A stretch of DNA of 64,000 nucleotides from Candidatus Poribacteria bacterium (lineage in GTDB: Bacteria > Poribacteria > WGA-4E > WGA-3G). The stretch spans positions 414,561-478,560 of the forward strand of contig CBDCOJ010000031.1 of the NCBI GenBank assembly GCA_965219695.1, written 5' to 3'. The position numbers and the translations under genes are program-made. This document shows, in pieces, positions 1-10,571 of the stretch. How positions within the stretch are numbered: position 1 is the first letter of the stretch; the number at the start of each line of letters is the position of its first letter. The notes beneath the pieces are model-generated. The model worked only from the letters and a program-made list of their open reading frames with translations, did no database searches and was not told the DNA's origin.

Positions 1-150
1 AGACTTTATTGATTTTCTTTGTTAGGACTGATATGCCATAAACATAAGATTTACTTTAGTGGTATCCTAATTCTAACCACTGTAAAGTAAAAAAATTACT
101 TTAAAATAGCCGGTAAAATCACGCTTTCAGGAGAACATTTTCTACCAAAA

Positions 151-1590
151 ATGCTGAAATTTTCATCAGAAAACTGCCTAAAAAATAGGCATATTTTGCT
201 TATCAGTATCGTCAGTATTGGTGGACTCCTACGATTTTGGAATCTTGGACAGTGGAGTTTCTGGATTGATGAAGTGCTCACGGTGCTGGATGCCGAAGCG
301 TTTTCTCTTTCCAATTCCCCGATAAATCCGATTCCTTATATCGCAGCGAAATTCTCTGTTTTTGTAGCTAATAAACTACCATTTGTAGGGCAAGACGGGG
401 GTGAGTGGAGTAGTCGCCTCATTTTTTGTATTGTAGGAATCGTATCAATCCCGATAGTGTTTAGTTTAGGGCAGACTTTATACAATAGTAAAGTTGGGTT
501 ATTAGCCGCCGCATTTGTCGCCTTGTCAAATTGGCATCTGTTTTGGTCGCAAAATGTGCGTTCGTATATCTTCACTTTTCTTTTTGCTGTGTTGACGGCA
601 TGGTTTTTCTATCGCTCCCTTGAAAGCGATTCGACGTTATTAACAATATGGGCGCTTTTTTCTTCTATTTGTCTTATCCTGTCGCACTTGCTCGCTGCGA
701 CAATTGTACCTGCGCTGGCAGTTTATGCAATACTTTGTCTTTTAGAGGAACGTAGCAGAAAGCGATGGATAAACCTGCTACTATTTTTTGTGCCTTTCGC
801 TGTACCTGTATTGATGCTTGCACTTCCACAGATTCGCGGATATGTATCTTCAGGATGGGGGCATAACGAATGGGGACGTAGCCCGCTTTATATTATTCTA
901 ACGCTCGTTCAAGGGGTTAGCGTTCCGATAGCCGTTGCTGCTTTTTTTGCCGTTATTGTAAGACCATTTAACCGTCCTACCCGTTTTTTACTCTGCTTAG
1001 CAGGCGTGCCTTTGGGACTTCTATTGATTGCGTCCCAGTTTCAGAATGTAGCGGGCTATTATCTGTTTTGGACAACTCCTGCCTATTTTATTCTTGCTGC
1101 AGTGGCATGCACCTATATTTGGGAAGCAATCACTGGCGATAAATTCAACTTGTTGAAGGTACTACTACCTTGCCTAATCATTGTTGTGTTGTTATCTCAA
1201 GATTATCTCTACTTTCGATTTGAAAATGGTGGTAGACCGAAATGGAGAGAGGCATTTGGAGTTATCAGAGTTGAGCGTAAACCAACCGATCAATTAGTAC
1301 TATCAGAACCAGAAATGGCACGGTTTTATATGCCAACATCAAAATCAATTGACGTTGACAAATTGGTAAAGGACAAAGTCTCTTTTGAAAGGGAATGGGA
1401 AAATTCGGGTAGTAAACGGATATGGTTTATCGTAGACGTAGCGAGTTTTAACGTCTTTGATGCGGATATGACTGTTCGTAATTGGATTCGCGAACGAGGA
1501 CGTATGATAGAAACGTTACCAGCGTTCTCACGGGCAAAAGATAGGACAATTCATATCTATCTGCTGGAAAAGAATTCTACAAGCAAATAG
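151..1590 (+). CDS. Polytopic membrane glycosyltransferase, GT39/PMT/ArnT-like
   Basis: 479 aa with about 10 or more hydrophobic helices. N-terminal 'RFWNLGQWSFWIDE' is typical of dolichyl-phosphate-mannose / ArnT-type transferases. A soluble C-terminal domain follows. Confidence 0.55.
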   Translation: MLKFSSENCLKNRHILLISIVSIGGLLRFWNLGQWSFWIDEVLTVLDAEAFSLSNSPINPIPYIAAKFSVFVANKLPFVGQDGGEWSSRLIFCIVGIVSIPIVFSLGQTLYNSKVGLLAAAFVALSNWHLFWSQNVRSYIFTFLFAVLTAWFFYRSLESDSTLLTIWALFSSICLILSHLLAATIVPALAVYAILCLLEERSRKRWINLLLFFVPFAVPVLMLALPQIRGYVSSGWGHNEWGRSPLYIILTLVQGVSVPIAVAAFFAVIVRPFNRPTRFLLCLAGVPLGLLLIASQFQNVAGYYLFWTTPAYFILAAVACTYIWEAITGDKFNLLKVLLPCLIIVVLLSQDYLYFRFENGGRPKWREAFGVIRVERKPTDQLVLSEPEMARFYMPTSKSIDVDKLVKDKVSFEREWENSGSKRIWFIVDVASFNVFDADMTVRNWIRERGRMIETLPAFSRAKDRTIHIYLLEKNSTSK

Positions 1591-1599
1591 ATCACAGGG

Positions 1600-3915
1600 T
1601 TATATTCCGAAGGTATGGGTATATTTCATTAATAGTGTCCGTCTCTTCGTTAGTAATTTTCTCGGTATTTCATCTTCAAGGTATGTATTAAGATTTTCAT
1701 TATAAACCAACCATAAGTCGTTTCCCTCACCGAAATTGTATCGAAATCGGATATTTGTTGAGAATTGATCACTAACATTGCTGTATTGCACAAACGCATT
1801 TAGAGAGGCTTGCGTGTTGAACGCTGCCCGCGTCCGAAGCCGAACCACATGTGCATTAAACCCTTGATTGCGATTAGGAAAACGGACAACATTTATTTCA
1901 TATTCGCTACCCATCTCCAAATGTCGGGAGACATTCCATTTTGGCTTAACACCGAAATCAAATCGCCAACCATCGAAAAATCCACCAATGGAACAATCGA
2001 AATCAGTTCGGAATAAATTTCCACTTGGCATTTCATAACCACCTTTAACCTCAAAATTGGTATAACTTCCTGCGGGGACTATCGTTCCTTCAGGAAAGTC
2101 TTCATCTTTTTTGAAGTCTTCATAATCCATTTCCAAATCCATAGATACATTTGCGCCAGACTTCCACTGCAGATCAATAGCATATTCAGCGTTGGCAGAC
2201 TCAACAGACCAATCTTCATTTCGGAACGCTACATCTCCAGCAAACTGTAATGGGTTTACTTGTCTAAGTGAGGTTCGCTTGCCCATTAACCAATCATAGC
2301 GAATACTCCCTTCCAGTTGCGTGAAATCCTTCCGAGATGTGAACCCAATTCCGGGTAAAAAATCATCTCCGCGTCGAGCGGCAGTAAGCCGATAATCAAA
2401 ACCAACGTCGGTGCGTCGAGTCAGGTCTATTAGATACATTGAGGCATCCCAAAAGTTGAATGCTTTTTCTTGAATGATCTCATCTTCAAAAGTTTGTCCC
2501 CATTTAAGAGTTAAATATTCTTGTCCAAGCAATCGAAAAATGCCATCAATCCCATAGGCGAAGTTGTAATTGCCTTTTTCGTCAATACGGTTTGTGTACA
2601 TTAAACCAGCATAGGAGTGTGAATTAAAAACTTGGCGGCGCAGCCGCAGCACCCCAAAGTTTTCAGTCGGAATTTCATCTTTACGTGCCGTTTGCATGTC
2701 AAGAAAACCGAGATCCCAATTTCCAACACGTCCGACTAATCTCGCACCACCAATAATAGGAATTTGTTCATCATCTTGGATGCCAATTCGACGGCTATGA
2801 AAAAGCCGAGTACGTCCGACATAATTAAAAGAGAAAATCCCGGAACGTTCTTGGAAAAATTGCCGCTTCTCTGGAAAGAAAAGCGAAAATCGGCTTAAAT
2901 TAACTTGTTGATCATCTGCTTCCACTTGCGCGAAATCAGGGTTTAGCGTTGTATCCAGGGTTAGGTTACTCGTCCAGTTATATTTAATATCAAGTCCTAT
3001 GTTTCTCTCAAAATCGTTTTTCAGATGATATTCAGTTCCTGCATCCTTCAACGTCGGTGTTTGTTCAAGTCCGCCAACTACGTAAGGTGTAAAGTAAATC
3101 GGTTTTTTACTATGAATTTGTTCTAAAACCACGGGATGTGCTCGAGAAGGTGTATCAATACCGCGTTCAGGAGATAGCGCGGGGAAGACAAGGCGTTCAT
3201 TCTTTCGGGCAATATCTCGATAAGCGATTAACCCCATAACAACTTTACCGTTTTCATCCTGAAAACTTAAACTGGAAAAAGGAATCCGCATCTCAACAAA
3301 CCAACCCTCTTCATTCTGAACAGCAGCGACATCCCAATAAGTGTTCCAATGTTTGTTATTCGATTTTCCGTCCTTATAGATGGCTTTATCGCCTCGAATA
3401 CCAGCTGGGGTTGTCCAAAACTGCAAGGCAGATTTTTTATCGTTGAAGGTATCAAGAATGATTCCAAACCTATCATCTTCGCTTGAACGATCTCGGTAAA
3501 GCGAATTTACACGGATATCGGAGGGGTTGGAATCATAGCATCGCGCCGAACAGTAAAGATAGTCATTATCGTAAGCAATTCTGATTTCAGTTCTTTCGGT
3601 TGGTTCCCCCTGATATGTAGGCTTGTACATAGTGAAGTGCAGTGGCGGGATTTTCTGCCATACAGGTTCATCGCTCAAGCCATCAATTTTAATTGCTTCT
3701 GTTATACGGGTTAGTGATAGAGGTGTTTGGGCGTTAATAGTATTGACAGAAAAGAAAAAGATTAAAACTACGAATGGTATAATTATTTGTGTCAACCGTG
3801 TTATTTTTTTCTTTAAGACATCAAAATTGACACTGCTTGGGGCATCTGCATAATTAATATCGTAACGGTGATAAGGATTGTTCATTGTCTGAATCAGGAC
3901 TCTATTGACGCACAA
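1600..3915 (-). CDS. Secreted CBM9-like / DUF5916-family protein (carbohydrate-binding N-domain plus large beta-rich C-domain)
   Basis: 771 aa. Hydrophobic signal-like segment ('IIIPFVVLIFFFSVNTINAQTP'), then 'IKIDGLSDEPVWQKIPP...YDNDYLYCSARCYDSNP', which is typical of CBM9/DUF5916 proteins. The true start is probably internal to the listed ORF. Confidence 0.5.
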   Translation of the reverse strand: MCVNRVLIQTMNNPYHRYDINYADAPSSVNFDVLKKKITRLTQIIIPFVVLIFFFSVNTINAQTPLSLTRITEAIKIDGLSDEPVWQKIPPLHFTMYKPTYQGEPTERTEIRIAYDNDYLYCSARCYDSNPSDIRVNSLYRDRSSEDDRFGIILDTFNDKKSALQFWTTPAGIRGDKAIYKDGKSNNKHWNTYWDVAAVQNEEGWFVEMRIPFSSLSFQDENGKVVMGLIAYRDIARKNERLVFPALSPERGIDTPSRAHPVVLEQIHSKKPIYFTPYVVGGLEQTPTLKDAGTEYHLKNDFERNIGLDIKYNWTSNLTLDTTLNPDFAQVEADDQQVNLSRFSLFFPEKRQFFQERSGIFSFNYVGRTRLFHSRRIGIQDDEQIPIIGGARLVGRVGNWDLGFLDMQTARKDEIPTENFGVLRLRRQVFNSHSYAGLMYTNRIDEKGNYNFAYGIDGIFRLLGQEYLTLKWGQTFEDEIIQEKAFNFWDASMYLIDLTRRTDVGFDYRLTAARRGDDFLPGIGFTSRKDFTQLEGSIRYDWLMGKRTSLRQVNPLQFAGDVAFRNEDWSVESANAEYAIDLQWKSGANVSMDLEMDYEDFKKDEDFPEGTIVPAGSYTNFEVKGGYEMPSGNLFRTDFDCSIGGFFDGWRFDFGVKPKWNVSRHLEMGSEYEINVVRFPNRNQGFNAHVVRLRTRAAFNTQASLNAFVQYSNVSDQFSTNIRFRYNFGEGNDLWLVYNENLNTYLEDEIPRKLLTKRRTLLMKYTHTFGI

Positions 3916-4055
3916 GATACAAGGGCTTGGAGGGTATTTTTTTACACAAGTATCGTTGTAACAAGACTGACGCGCTTCGCAGATTGACGAAGCGCGTCAA
4001 ATGATTATCGGGTAAGAACGCTCTTCATTGCGAATTCAGTATGAGAAAAAGTGTC

Positions 4056-4796
4056 CTACCAGAAACGAGTGAAATTCATTCTACCGGTAAGACCGGTTTC
4101 CCCTTCTTCTTTCTTTGTTTCATACCCGACATATATGCCAAGTGTATTCGCTGTACCATAGCCGATGTTAATGCGTCCTCCAAAATTTAATTTCAGAGGT
4201 TTATCCAGATTATCGGCAAAAACGAAAACTGATTCAACTTGGGGACCAATAGCAATGGTATCATTCAGTGAATAGGTGAGAAAACTGCGGTTGTAAAGTT
4301 CATTTACACTTTCGTCATCAAATATGGTAGAAAGTGTTCCGATTGTCCAGTGAAAAAAGAAGATGTCGGGTGCGTTCAGAAAAGCAAAGAATTGGGGAAA
4401 TAAAGCATCAGGGCCATCCGCTCCAGTGTAGTCAAACCCAACACCAAGCATAGGCTGCAGCGCAAGTGAGACACTGTCACCCTTGACAACGGGGAGTGTG
4501 ACACCAAGGTCAAATTCACCGAGATGGTCATTTACGTAGATGTTAGAAGCAATTGAGACACCTCCACTTCCGATCGGATGGTTCGCGCCAACCAAGAAAT
4601 AGGTGCCTAAACTATCAACATCAATCTGGAACCATCCTGAAACACCCGGCTTTTCTTCTGCCATTTCAGCTTTAGCTTCTGGTGCCATTTCCCCTTCAGA
4701 CTCATGTGCGTCTGCGAAGACGGTGGATGTACCAACAACGGAAATTATACAAATCATTAGAAAGATAAAGGTTAACTGAAGTGCTTTGATCTTCAT
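4056..4796 (-). CDS. Putative outer-membrane beta-barrel protein
   Basis: 246 aa with an N-terminal signal peptide ('MKIKALQLTFIFLMICIISVVGTSTVFA'). Alternating amphipathic beta-like segments. C-terminus ends 'NFTRFW', an aromatic terminal residue typical of OMPs. Confidence 0.45.
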   Translation of the reverse strand: MKIKALQLTFIFLMICIISVVGTSTVFADAHESEGEMAPEAKAEMAEEKPGVSGWFQIDVDSLGTYFLVGANHPIGSGGVSIASNIYVNDHLGEFDLGVTLPVVKGDSVSLALQPMLGVGFDYTGADGPDALFPQFFAFLNAPDIFFFHWTIGTLSTIFDDESVNELYNRSFLTYSLNDTIAIGPQVESVFVFADNLDKPLKLNFGGRINIGYGTANTLGIYVGYETKKEEGETGLTGRMNFTRFW

Positions 4797-5017
4797 AAAA
4801 GTCTCCTTAGGTTGTGCAAATTAATAAGATGTGCCCGAAGTAAGAGCATTTCACATTGGAATATAACAAGTATACCTTATCATACAGGCTGATTTCAACT
4901 ATTTTGGGACAACAGTAGGGTTGTTCTTTTTGTCATCGGATTTTGTCCGTTCTCATTCACTATAATGTTTTGTTGGGTTTTGCTTGTTCTACCTAATCTA
5001 CTGTTTGTAGATTAAGG

Positions 5018-5722
5018 TTACGTTTCCTCTGTAAGTTTGACTTGTTCCATAAGCCGTTGTAGTTTTTGAGTGTCTTTAATTCCCTTTGACGCTTCTACGC
5101 CAGAGCAGAGGTCAATACCGTGTGGTTTCATGGTTTCAATAGCTTCTTTGACGTTATCAGGTCGAATTCCGCCTGCGAAAAAAACAGGTAGCGGACTCTC
5201 ATCTATTAACTCAGCAGCAACATGCCAATTACACGTCTTTCCTGTTCCACCGTACCGAGGCGGATCAATGCTGGTATCAACAGTATCAAAGAGGAGAAAA
5301 TCTGCACCAGCATCACGGTATGCTTGCATCTGTGCTCGGACTTCAGACATGTCAACATTTTCTGGACTTCCTGCTGGTAGGTAGACAGATTTCCAGAGTT
5401 GACAACTCACCACCTGTTTGAGTTTTTCAACTTGTTGTGGTGTTTCTTGTCCAAGGAGTTGAACCGCGTAAGGTTGAATTTGTTCTACTGCCTCTTGGAT
5501 GTCCGATGTTGTGCGATTGTATAGTAGTAAAACCGTCGGGATAGGACTTGCCTTAGCGATTTCTACTGCTTGGGGGGTGGTCAGCGATCGTTCTGAGGAT
5601 GCAACGTCAACTAATACGCCAGAGTAATTCGCCCCAGCATCAGCAGCAATACATGCATCGTGGATGGAGGTCGTGCCGCAGATTTTGACTTTGCACCGTG
5701 ATTCTCTATGCATGACATGCAA
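5018..5722 (-). CDS. trpF: N-(5'-phosphoribosyl)anthranilate isomerase
   Basis: 'VKICGTTS...DACIAADAGA' N-terminal PRAI motif and '...FAGGIRPDNV...DLCSGVE' C-terminal motif. Length is about 230 aa. It stands alone, not inside a trp operon. Confidence 0.75.
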   Translation of the reverse strand: MHVMHRESRCKVKICGTTSIHDACIAADAGANYSGVLVDVASSERSLTTPQAVEIAKASPIPTVLLLYNRTTSDIQEAVEQIQPYAVQLLGQETPQQVEKLKQVVSCQLWKSVYLPAGSPENVDMSEVRAQMQAYRDAGADFLLFDTVDTSIDPPRYGGTGKTCNWHVAAELIDESPLPVFFAGGIRPDNVKEAIETMKPHGIDLCSGVEASKGIKDTQKLQRLMEQVKLTEET

Positions 5723-5728
5723 TTCCTA

Positions 5729-6130
5729 TTAATCACAAAAAACTGTTTGTCTGTCGGCATCTGAATAACAGATAATCATCGTTACCGGTTGCCAACCGGT
5801 GTTGACTGCGTTATGTTTGACATTGCGTGGAATACGCAACATCATCCCAGGTTTGAGCGGGATAATTTCGTCTCCTAACTTATGATCGCACTCGCCTGAA
5901 AGCACATAGATTAGTTCCTCACAATTCGGATGGTAATGAGTTGGGTTGCCCTCACCAGCATTTATATAAACAACACCGAATGTCATTTCAGCGTTTGGGT
6001 CAATCTGATCATTGCATAGCCATTTGATTGCTCCCCATGGAAATTCAAGGGCACCAGATTCATTACTATTTGTTAGCGTAATTTCCATATTATTCTCCTT
6101 ACTACTATAACTCGTTGTGTTAGTTAACAT
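5729..6130 (-). CDS. Cupin-domain protein
   Basis: 133 aa. 'HYHPNCEELIYVLSGEC...KPGMMLRIPRNVKHNAVNTG' contains the two cupin motifs G(X)5HXH... and ...PXGXXHXXXN. Confidence 0.65.
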   Translation of the reverse strand: MLTNTTSYSSKENNMEITLTNSNESGALEFPWGAIKWLCNDQIDPNAEMTFGVVYINAGEGNPTHYHPNCEELIYVLSGECDHKLGDEIIPLKPGMMLRIPRNVKHNAVNTGWQPVTMIICYSDADRQTVFCD

Positions 6131-6208
6131 CTCGTATCTTTATATTTCACATGTCCGTCTTGTTTATGATGATTCCCTCAACTTTTCTGATACCTGACAG
6201 TGCCAAAG

Positions 6209-6267
6209 GTAGGAGGGAACTCCGATTCCCGACTACAAACAGGTCGCGATTCGGAGATCGCTCCTAC
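6209..6267. repeat. Palindromic intergenic repeat, family A (GTAGGAGGGAACTCCGATTCCCGAC ... GTCGCGATTCGGAGATCGCTCCTAC)
   Basis: Two roughly 25-nt arms that are imperfect reverse complements. The same element recurs at 8834, 15004, 30163, 49446, 51971, 54640 and 57592. Confidence 0.8.
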
Positions 6268-6336
6268 AAATATGAACATCTGTGAAAAACAACAAAACTG
6301 CTGTGTAACTAACACAAGTCGTCACTTTCAATACTA

Positions 6337-7200
6337 TTAAACCGTTTCTAAAGAAAAAGAGGTCAAACTTCCTTCAGCGTAAGCCTGCAAGCCTTCAGTC
6401 GGTTGTTCGTGAAGATAACCGATAGGTGCACAGATTGCCTTAACGTCTTCGATCTGCTGATTAACAGCATAATGCACATGTCCAAAGAGGACATGTGTAA
6501 CAAGCGGTTCTTGCAAACACAACCTACCAAGACCTTCGCTTCCGTAAAAGGCAGGAAAATAGTCCCATGGCAATTCACCACGGTAGCGAATACACTCCCG
6601 AAACGGCACATGATGTGTAACAACAACAATGCGTTGGACCTTGCCCTTCAGGAAAGCTATCTGCTTATCAAGATCAACCTCAAAACGATGTGCAATGTTT
6701 TCGTCTGTATCTGTCCATCTGGCATATCGTTTATCACTCCAGACTGTTCCCATCAACTGTTTTTCTGCATACTGTTCAGCGGAAAAACTGTATTTGTCCG
6801 AAGCAAATGTGTAATCGTACCAACCTATGGTACCGCAGAATCCTATTTTTTCTCTGATATATGGCGCATCAACGAGTGAGTGAAACCCGTGATCTTGGCA
6901 AATTCCTGAAATTACACGACACTTCTGCTCACTTGTCATGTTCGCATCCTTGCTAACCCAAATATCATGATTACCTGGAACAAATATTTTCTGACAAGTC
7001 AAGTTTGCTTTGTCAAATTCACCGAGGACTTCGTAGAATTCTGATAATTTCGGGGTTATATCACCCGCAAGGACAAAAACATCAAGTTCTGCCGCTTTGA
7101 TCGCATCAATGAGAAATGGAACAATTGTTTTGTTGGCTTCAGTTGCTTCCGCATGCAGATCGGAAATTAGTCCAATTTTCATTGATCTTGTGTCCGCCAA
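6337..7200 (-). CDS. Metallophosphoesterase (calcineurin-like)
   Basis: 'GLISDLHAE', 'VLAGDIT', 'GNHDIW', 'VVVTHH' and 'GHVHY' are the canonical metallophosphatase motif series. The likely start is the internal MKIGLISD. Confidence 0.75.
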   Translation of the reverse strand: MADTRSMKIGLISDLHAEATEANKTIVPFLIDAIKAAELDVFVLAGDITPKLSEFYEVLGEFDKANLTCQKIFVPGNHDIWVSKDANMTSEQKCRVISGICQDHGFHSLVDAPYIREKIGFCGTIGWYDYTFASDKYSFSAEQYAEKQLMGTVWSDKRYARWTDTDENIAHRFEVDLDKQIAFLKGKVQRIVVVTHHVPFRECIRYRGELPWDYFPAFYGSEGLGRLCLQEPLVTHVLFGHVHYAVNQQIEDVKAICAPIGYLHEQPTEGLQAYAEGSLTSFSLETV

Positions 7201-7287
7201 CTTACTCCGTATTTCAGAAAAAGTCTGTAAATATTGTGCGTTGACATTTCAAACTTGGCGTAGTATTCAAAAATCAGAAAACAGTAA

Positions 7288-8727
7288 TTACTGAGATTGA
7301 GTTGTCAAACTGCTAAAAACCTCATCAAGAAAGATACGGATAGCGGAATCATCTTCTTGAAAACGTTGTCGTTGTCGTTCAAGAGCACTTAGTGCGGATT
7401 CGTCTCCAATTTTAGCAATTGCGTCCACCAAAGTTAATTGTATCGCGGGATCATCGGTGGTTTCTAAAGCATTAATCAGAAAATCACGTGTCTGTATTCC
7501 ACCGATAGTACCGAGGGCTGAAGCAGCGATATCTTTCGCAGCGGTATCAGCTTCATTGAATGCTGCGATGAGCGCATCAACAGCAGGTGTACCGATCTGG
7601 CTAAGTGCTAAACCCGCTTGGAAACGGATGCCGGGAATTTCATTATTATCTCTAAGTACTTTGACAAGAGGTTCAATCGCGGAGATAGGCTTGAGGATGC
7701 CAAGAATGGAAAGACATGTTCGACGAATTTCCTGTTCCGGTTCAGTGGCAATTTGAATATATTGTTCGGCAAGTTTCACAAGAGAACCTTCGTTTACTTT
7801 CTGGTACAGTGCTTCTGAACGGTGACGAAATTGAATTCCGAATGGCGCTTCAAGTGTTGCCGTTTGTGCAGCGGGATCAACGAGGAGTAATCCGAGAATT
7901 TCAGCGGAGTCACTATGTTTACTATCAAGTGTATCTGCGGGAAGTTGATTCACATCTTCCTGTTGAAACTGCTGAAAGAGTGGATTGAGCTCGCTGAGGG
8001 CGACAAGCCGTTCTAAACTTCGTGCTGCCGCTTTGCGGAGTGCGAGTTCATTGCTATTTTTAAGAATTTCTATCAAGGATTCTACAGCGCGGGCATCACC
8101 TAAATTACCGAGGGCGGAAACAGCTGCTATTTTAACACCGATTAATTCTGTTGTCCTGAAGGTCAAGTCAGCATTCAATTTTGCGAACTCATCCACGGAT
8201 TTCTTGTAATCGTTTAAACTGTAAATTTTGCGCTCATCAACAATTTTTTCAACAACATCACCAACTTGAATAACTGCACTATTTGCAGCGGGGGTTCCGG
8301 GTGTAATTTCCTTAATACGAACAGGACCGCTGCCTTCAACCTCTAAACCAACTTTATCCCCAAGTTTTCGGATTGCAATACGAAGTGGATGCTTACCTTT
8401 GAGATACAGAAGCATGTTATTGTCGTCAGCCATAGCTCTTTTGAGCGCACGTTTGAACTCGCGGGGATTTTGGACAGGGTACTCACCTATTACATAAGAA
8501 ATGAGTTCTCCAGATGAAAGTTCTGCTTTATCAGCGGGACCGTTAGATGTGATAGCACTTATGACAACACCACTCGTTGACCAGCGATTTTCAAGATCAC
8601 TGTCAAGCTGTTGCACTTCCATTTGCAAGCGTTCATCGTAGTAGGAGTTGTCACATCCCAGCGTAAATGCTAAGGTGATAAAAATTAAGATTATTGATAT
8701 TTTTCTAAACATCCACGTTCCTTTCAA
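7288..8727 (-). CDS. Putative lipoprotein with a PDZ domain and HEAT/PBS-lyase-type repeats
   Basis: Signal with Cys ('ITLAFTLGC'). A PDZ-like segment ('IKEITPGTPAANSAVIQVGDVVEKI'). Multiple HEAT-like repeats ('AVSALGNLGDARAVESLIEIL', 'ALSQIGTPAVDALIAAF', 'DAIAKIGDESALSAL'). Confidence 0.55.
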   Translation of the reverse strand: MKGTWMFRKISIILIFITLAFTLGCDNSYYDERLQMEVQQLDSDLENRWSTSGVVISAITSNGPADKAELSSGELISYVIGEYPVQNPREFKRALKRAMADDNNMLLYLKGKHPLRIAIRKLGDKVGLEVEGSGPVRIKEITPGTPAANSAVIQVGDVVEKIVDERKIYSLNDYKKSVDEFAKLNADLTFRTTELIGVKIAAVSALGNLGDARAVESLIEILKNSNELALRKAAARSLERLVALSELNPLFQQFQQEDVNQLPADTLDSKHSDSAEILGLLLVDPAAQTATLEAPFGIQFRHRSEALYQKVNEGSLVKLAEQYIQIATEPEQEIRRTCLSILGILKPISAIEPLVKVLRDNNEIPGIRFQAGLALSQIGTPAVDALIAAFNEADTAAKDIAASALGTIGGIQTRDFLINALETTDDPAIQLTLVDAIAKIGDESALSALERQRQRFQEDDSAIRIFLDEVFSSLTTQSQ

Positions 8728-8833
8728 TCATTCAGAAAACTAATGTGGTTTTGCCCTATACCGCTTGCAAATTGGAACTACAACCTATCTCATAAATAGT
8801 TGGAGGGCTTTGAAAACCCGATTTCAAAATCCT

Positions 8834-8957
8834 GTAGGAGCGATCTCCGAATCGCGACCTGTCGGGAATCCAAATCAAGAAATCAACGGTATGAATGACG
8901 TTTAGTCATTCACCGGGTATGAATGCCTTTTGGCATTCCCCGGAGATCCCTCCTACA
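8834..8957. repeat. Composite palindromic repeat (family A arm plus family B 'AATCAACGGTATGAATG...CATTC' palindromes)
   Basis: GTAGGAGCGATCTCCGAATCGCGAC, then AATCAACGGTATGAATGACGTTTAGTCATTC and GGTATGAATGCCTTTTGGCATTCC, then a terminal ...CCTCCTAC. Confidence 0.75.
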
Positions 8958-9007
8958 AAGAGAATGAACTGATAACGAACCAACAAATCCTATTTATGAG
9001 ATACGCT

Positions 9008-9955
9008 CTAATTACTTAACTCCACGACTACTTCACGACTACTTTTCTCTTTCAATGCGTCTAAGAGGGGTTGAACAGCTTTCTCATCACCGAGTGTGGA
9101 TAACGCTCGAATTGCATCAACTCGAAGGGAAGAACCTTTGTTTTTGGTGATTTTGACCAGTTCAGGAACCGCTTTGCCTCCGATTTTTCCGAGTGCTGCC
9201 ACTGCCAACTGACGCACCTCCGGTTCTTCACGATCCCGTTTCCGCTTTGCAGAACCCGATTCAATAAGAGCGGCAAGGACAGGAATAGCATCTTCATTAC
9301 CTATCTCACCGAGTGCTTTAACAGCATTCAAACGGGTCCCTACCTGATTATGTTTTAGCAATTCAATCAAAATCGGCACCATAGTGGTTGGATCAGATTT
9401 GCCGATATTCGCCATGACCCAGTGGGCATCGTGCCTGTCACGATTGTCTTTGGATTTAATCGCTTTTTGTAATTGCTTAAGGAGTTGTTTGCGATCACCT
9501 TGCTGATAAACGAGCGTGAGTGCTTCCAATGCAGCGTTTTGCACATTCACATCATCGTCTCGGAGCGTATCAAAAACAAGAATTTCAAGGTATTCACCCG
9601 GGTCCTCTTGATACGCTTTAAACATGTGCTGTCCTCTCTGAGCGATTGATGCTTGATTCCAGTCTGGTTGGTTAGTTTCATAAAATTCCTGCGAATCATA
9701 GAAACCGAGCAGATAGTGCGCTTCAGCGTTATCGCCTTCTTGTTCAATAGCGAGCTTAAATTCTCGGACAGCGCGTTCCTCTTTACGCCGTTTGTCGGAT
9801 TTTATCAACTCTTTTCCTTTGGCAAGGTGTTCGTTCTGATTGCCACATCCAACTATAAATAAGGCAAGTAGAAAAATAAGAAATATCTTTTTCATACGCT
9901 GTTTATCCATGTTGTTCATTTGAGATTTATAAATATATAGGGGGACCACTGTCAA
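9008..9955 (-). CDS. HEAT-repeat lipoprotein
   Basis: Lipobox 'ALFIVGC'. HEAT-like repeats ('AVKALGEIGNEDAIPVLAALIESG', 'AVAALGKIGGKAVPELV', 'AIRALSTLGDEKAVQPLLDAL'). Confidence 0.55.
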   Translation of the reverse strand: MTVVPLYIYKSQMNNMDKQRMKKIFLIFLLALFIVGCGNQNEHLAKGKELIKSDKRRKEERAVREFKLAIEQEGDNAEAHYLLGFYDSQEFYETNQPDWNQASIAQRGQHMFKAYQEDPGEYLEILVFDTLRDDDVNVQNAALEALTLVYQQGDRKQLLKQLQKAIKSKDNRDRHDAHWVMANIGKSDPTTMVPILIELLKHNQVGTRLNAVKALGEIGNEDAIPVLAALIESGSAKRKRDREEPEVRQLAVAALGKIGGKAVPELVKITKNKGSSLRVDAIRALSTLGDEKAVQPLLDALKEKSSREVVVELSN

Positions 9956-9965
9956 AAGGTCTATT

Positions 9966-10505
9966 CTAATTCAAGAGACTTTGCTGTTCTGCCCCTGTTT
10001 CATCTGCCTGATTTTCCTCGCTTTCTTCCTCAGCATCCTCAGCATCGTCCGATTCTTCGGTATTGACGGTTTTTTGGAGCGTGACGATCGGTTTTTCTGA
10101 GAACCCCCAATCCTTATATCTTTGTATGACAGGAGTATCTGAAGTTGCGAGTTCAATTTCAAGGGTTTTCAAGCCGTTTTCTATTGCTGCTGCTTCGGCG
10201 GCTTCAATGAGATGGTCAGCAACGCCTAACAACCGAAAGGGGCCGGACACTGCAAGGTCGCTAATTTGACCTACGTCATCATTTAGCGGATGCTGTTTCA
10301 CCGTGATGTGTCCGACAGCATAACCACTGGCATCAGCAACGAGGCGAGTCGTTTGACTATCTGCAGCCAAATCGGCTTTTAGTTCATCAGCTACCTGTTC
10401 TATGGTTTTCTCAGGGAAGCAGTATGTCTGTAAATGGTTAGCATCGTCTTCTTTAGCTGATCGGACATTGAGTGTGCCTCTCAAGTCGAAGTCCTTAGTT
10501 GCCAT
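9966..10505 (-). CDS. GNAT-family N-acetyltransferase with acidic C-terminal tail
   Basis: 'ISDLAVSGPFRLLGVADHLIEAAEAAAIENGLKTLEIE' resembles the GNAT motif A region. The C-terminus is rich in E and D. Confidence 0.45.
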   Translation of the reverse strand: MATKDFDLRGTLNVRSAKEDDANHLQTYCFPEKTIEQVADELKADLAADSQTTRLVADASGYAVGHITVKQHPLNDDVGQISDLAVSGPFRLLGVADHLIEAAEAAAIENGLKTLEIELATSDTPVIQRYKDWGFSEKPIVTLQKTVNTEESDDAEDAEEESEENQADETGAEQQSLLN

Positions 10506-10571
10506 TTTTCTCTCCTTATTTGTTCAGAATGAGTGAGTGTTGCAACGGATATCTGACTATCCTAATTCTTA